Below are positions 63,014-64,000 of a stretch of DNA of 64,000 nucleotides, in pieces. The notes beneath the pieces are model-generated. The model worked only from the letters and a program-made list of their open reading frames with translations. It did no database searches and had not been told where the DNA came from. Origin of the DNA: Vicinamibacterales bacterium (GTDB taxonomy: Bacteria; Acidobacteriota; Vicinamibacteria; Vicinamibacterales; JAMQPK01); the NCBI GenBank assembly GCA_023717525.1, contig JAMQPK010000194.1:6064-70063 (forward strand). Direction: 5' to 3'. The position numbers and the translations under genes were made by a program. Within the stretch, counting starts at the first letter, position 1. Every line of letters starts with the position of its first letter.

Positions 63014-64000
63014 TCGACCAGCTCATACAGCTGGTCTATCTCGTCGCGACCGCGCTGTTCATTTTTTCCCTCAAATGGATGAGCGATCCAGTCACCGCGC
63101 GGCGCGGTGTGTTTGCCGGCGTCGGCGGCATGGCGTTGGCGATCGTCGGCACGCTGATGCATCCGCTGATCATCGGCTACAGCTGGATCGTGATTCCCCT
63201 CGTGCTCGGCGCGCTCGCCGGCATTCCGCTGTCCTGGGTCCCGCTCACCGCCGTTCCTCAGCGGACGGCGTTGTCGCATGCCTTCGGCGGATTGGCCGCA
63301 GGCCTGGTGGGCACTGCGAAGTACTTCCTGTGGGCCGGGCACGGCGAACTGACGACGTTCCGGATGGGCGCGATTATTCTCGAAGTGATCCTCGGGTACC
63401 TGACGTGCACAGGCAGCCTCGTCGCCGCAGGCAAGCTGCAGGAAGTGATTCCGACTCGGCCGATCATGTATCGCGGCCAGAACGTCATCAATTTCACCCT
63501 GCTTGCTCTGGCAATCGGCGTGGGCGGGATGCTGATGATCGATCCGAGCCGCACGTTCCTGTTTCCAGCGCTGATCGTTCTCGCGCTGGCGTTCGGCGTG
63601 CTGCTCGTGCTGCCGATCGGCGGCGCGGACATGCCGACGGTGATTTCGCTGTTGAATTCGTACGCGGGCCTCGCGGCAGTGGCGATGGGTTTCGTGATGG
63701 AGAACAAGCTGCTCATCACCGCCGGCGCCCTCGACGGCGCATCCGGCCTCATCCTCTCGATTGTGATGTGCAAGGCCATGAACCGCTCGTTCACCAATGT
63801 GCTGTTTGGCGCCTTCGGTCAGGTGCAGGCAGGCGTCGCGCAAGTGGAGCAGCGCACGGCAAAGAGCGCGACCGCCGATGATGCCGCGCAGCTGCTCGAA
63901 AACGCGTCGAGCGTCGTCATCATTCCGGGGTACGGGATGGCGGTGTCGCAGGCGCAACACCGCGTGCACGATCTGTACGAAGAGCTGACCAAGCGGGGCG
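63010..64000 (+). CDS. pntB: NAD(P) transhydrogenase beta subunit (3' end outside window)
   Basis: Absent from the ORF track because it has no stop in the window. Hand translation from the ATG overlapping the pntA stop gives MIDQLIQLVYLVATALFIFSLKWMSDPVTARRGVFAGVGGMALAIVG.... Confidence 0.85.
   Translation, partial: MIDQLIQLVYLVATALFIFSLKWMSDPVTARRGVFAGVGGMALAIVGTLMHPLIIGYSWIVIPLVLGALAGIPLSWVPLTAVPQRTALSHAFGGLAAGLVGTAKYFLWAGHGELTTFRMGAIILEVILGYLTCTGSLVAAGKLQEVIPTRPIMYRGQNVINFTLLALAIGVGGMLMIDPSRTFLFPALIVLALAFGVLLVLPIGGADMPTVISLLNSYAGLAAVAMGFVMENKLLITAGALDGASGLILSIVMCKAMNRSFTNVLFGAFGQVQAGVAQVEQRTAKSATADDAAQLLENASSVVIIPGYGMAVSQAQHRVHDLYEELTKRG

Noticed and set aside
62566-63969. 467-aa minus-strand ORF
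   Set aside because: It is antisense to pntA/pntB, whose translations are typical polytopic transhydrogenase sequences.

Overview
High-GC bacterial chromosomal window, probably Acidobacteriota. That placement is an inference from a TIGR03436-style VWFA protein and the gene content; no search was run, and all product calls come from motifs read by eye.

Layout:
- 1-18.6 kb is a type IV pilus accessory locus. It holds a sigma-54-type promoter region, three tandem PilA-like pilin genes and an overlapping-codon operon (ABC ATPase, ABC-2 permease, TPR-like protein, PilD, PilS-like kinase). It also holds two divergent minor-pilin operons, one ending in a 994-aa PilX_N-domain giant, and a PilR-like sigma-54 activator. 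No pilB/T/C/M-Q genes are in the window.
- The rest is mostly housekeeping. It includes aroB, nadB, proS, tatAC, ctpA, smc and the superoperon rimP-nusA-infB-rbfA-DHH-truB-rpsO-pnp. It also includes rimO, asnS, an AmgK/MurU-like pair, HtrA, glgP and pntAB.

The most unusual content is non-coding. At least 13 intergenic sites carry tandem arrays of a locus-specific short unit, 7 nt at 12 sites and 9-10 nt at one. Most are arranged as inverted repeats that predict long hairpins.
- Two of these inverted arrays bracket complete four-helix-bundle (23S-rRNA-IVS-protein family) genes on either side of aroB.
- Related heptamer runs sit in frame inside two unrelated genes.
- Most arrays show a purine-rich 5' arm and a pyrimidine-rich 3' arm in the sense of local transcription, often abutting start codons that lack a Shine-Dalgarno.

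I found no rRNA, tRNA, CRISPR array, transposase or phage gene.
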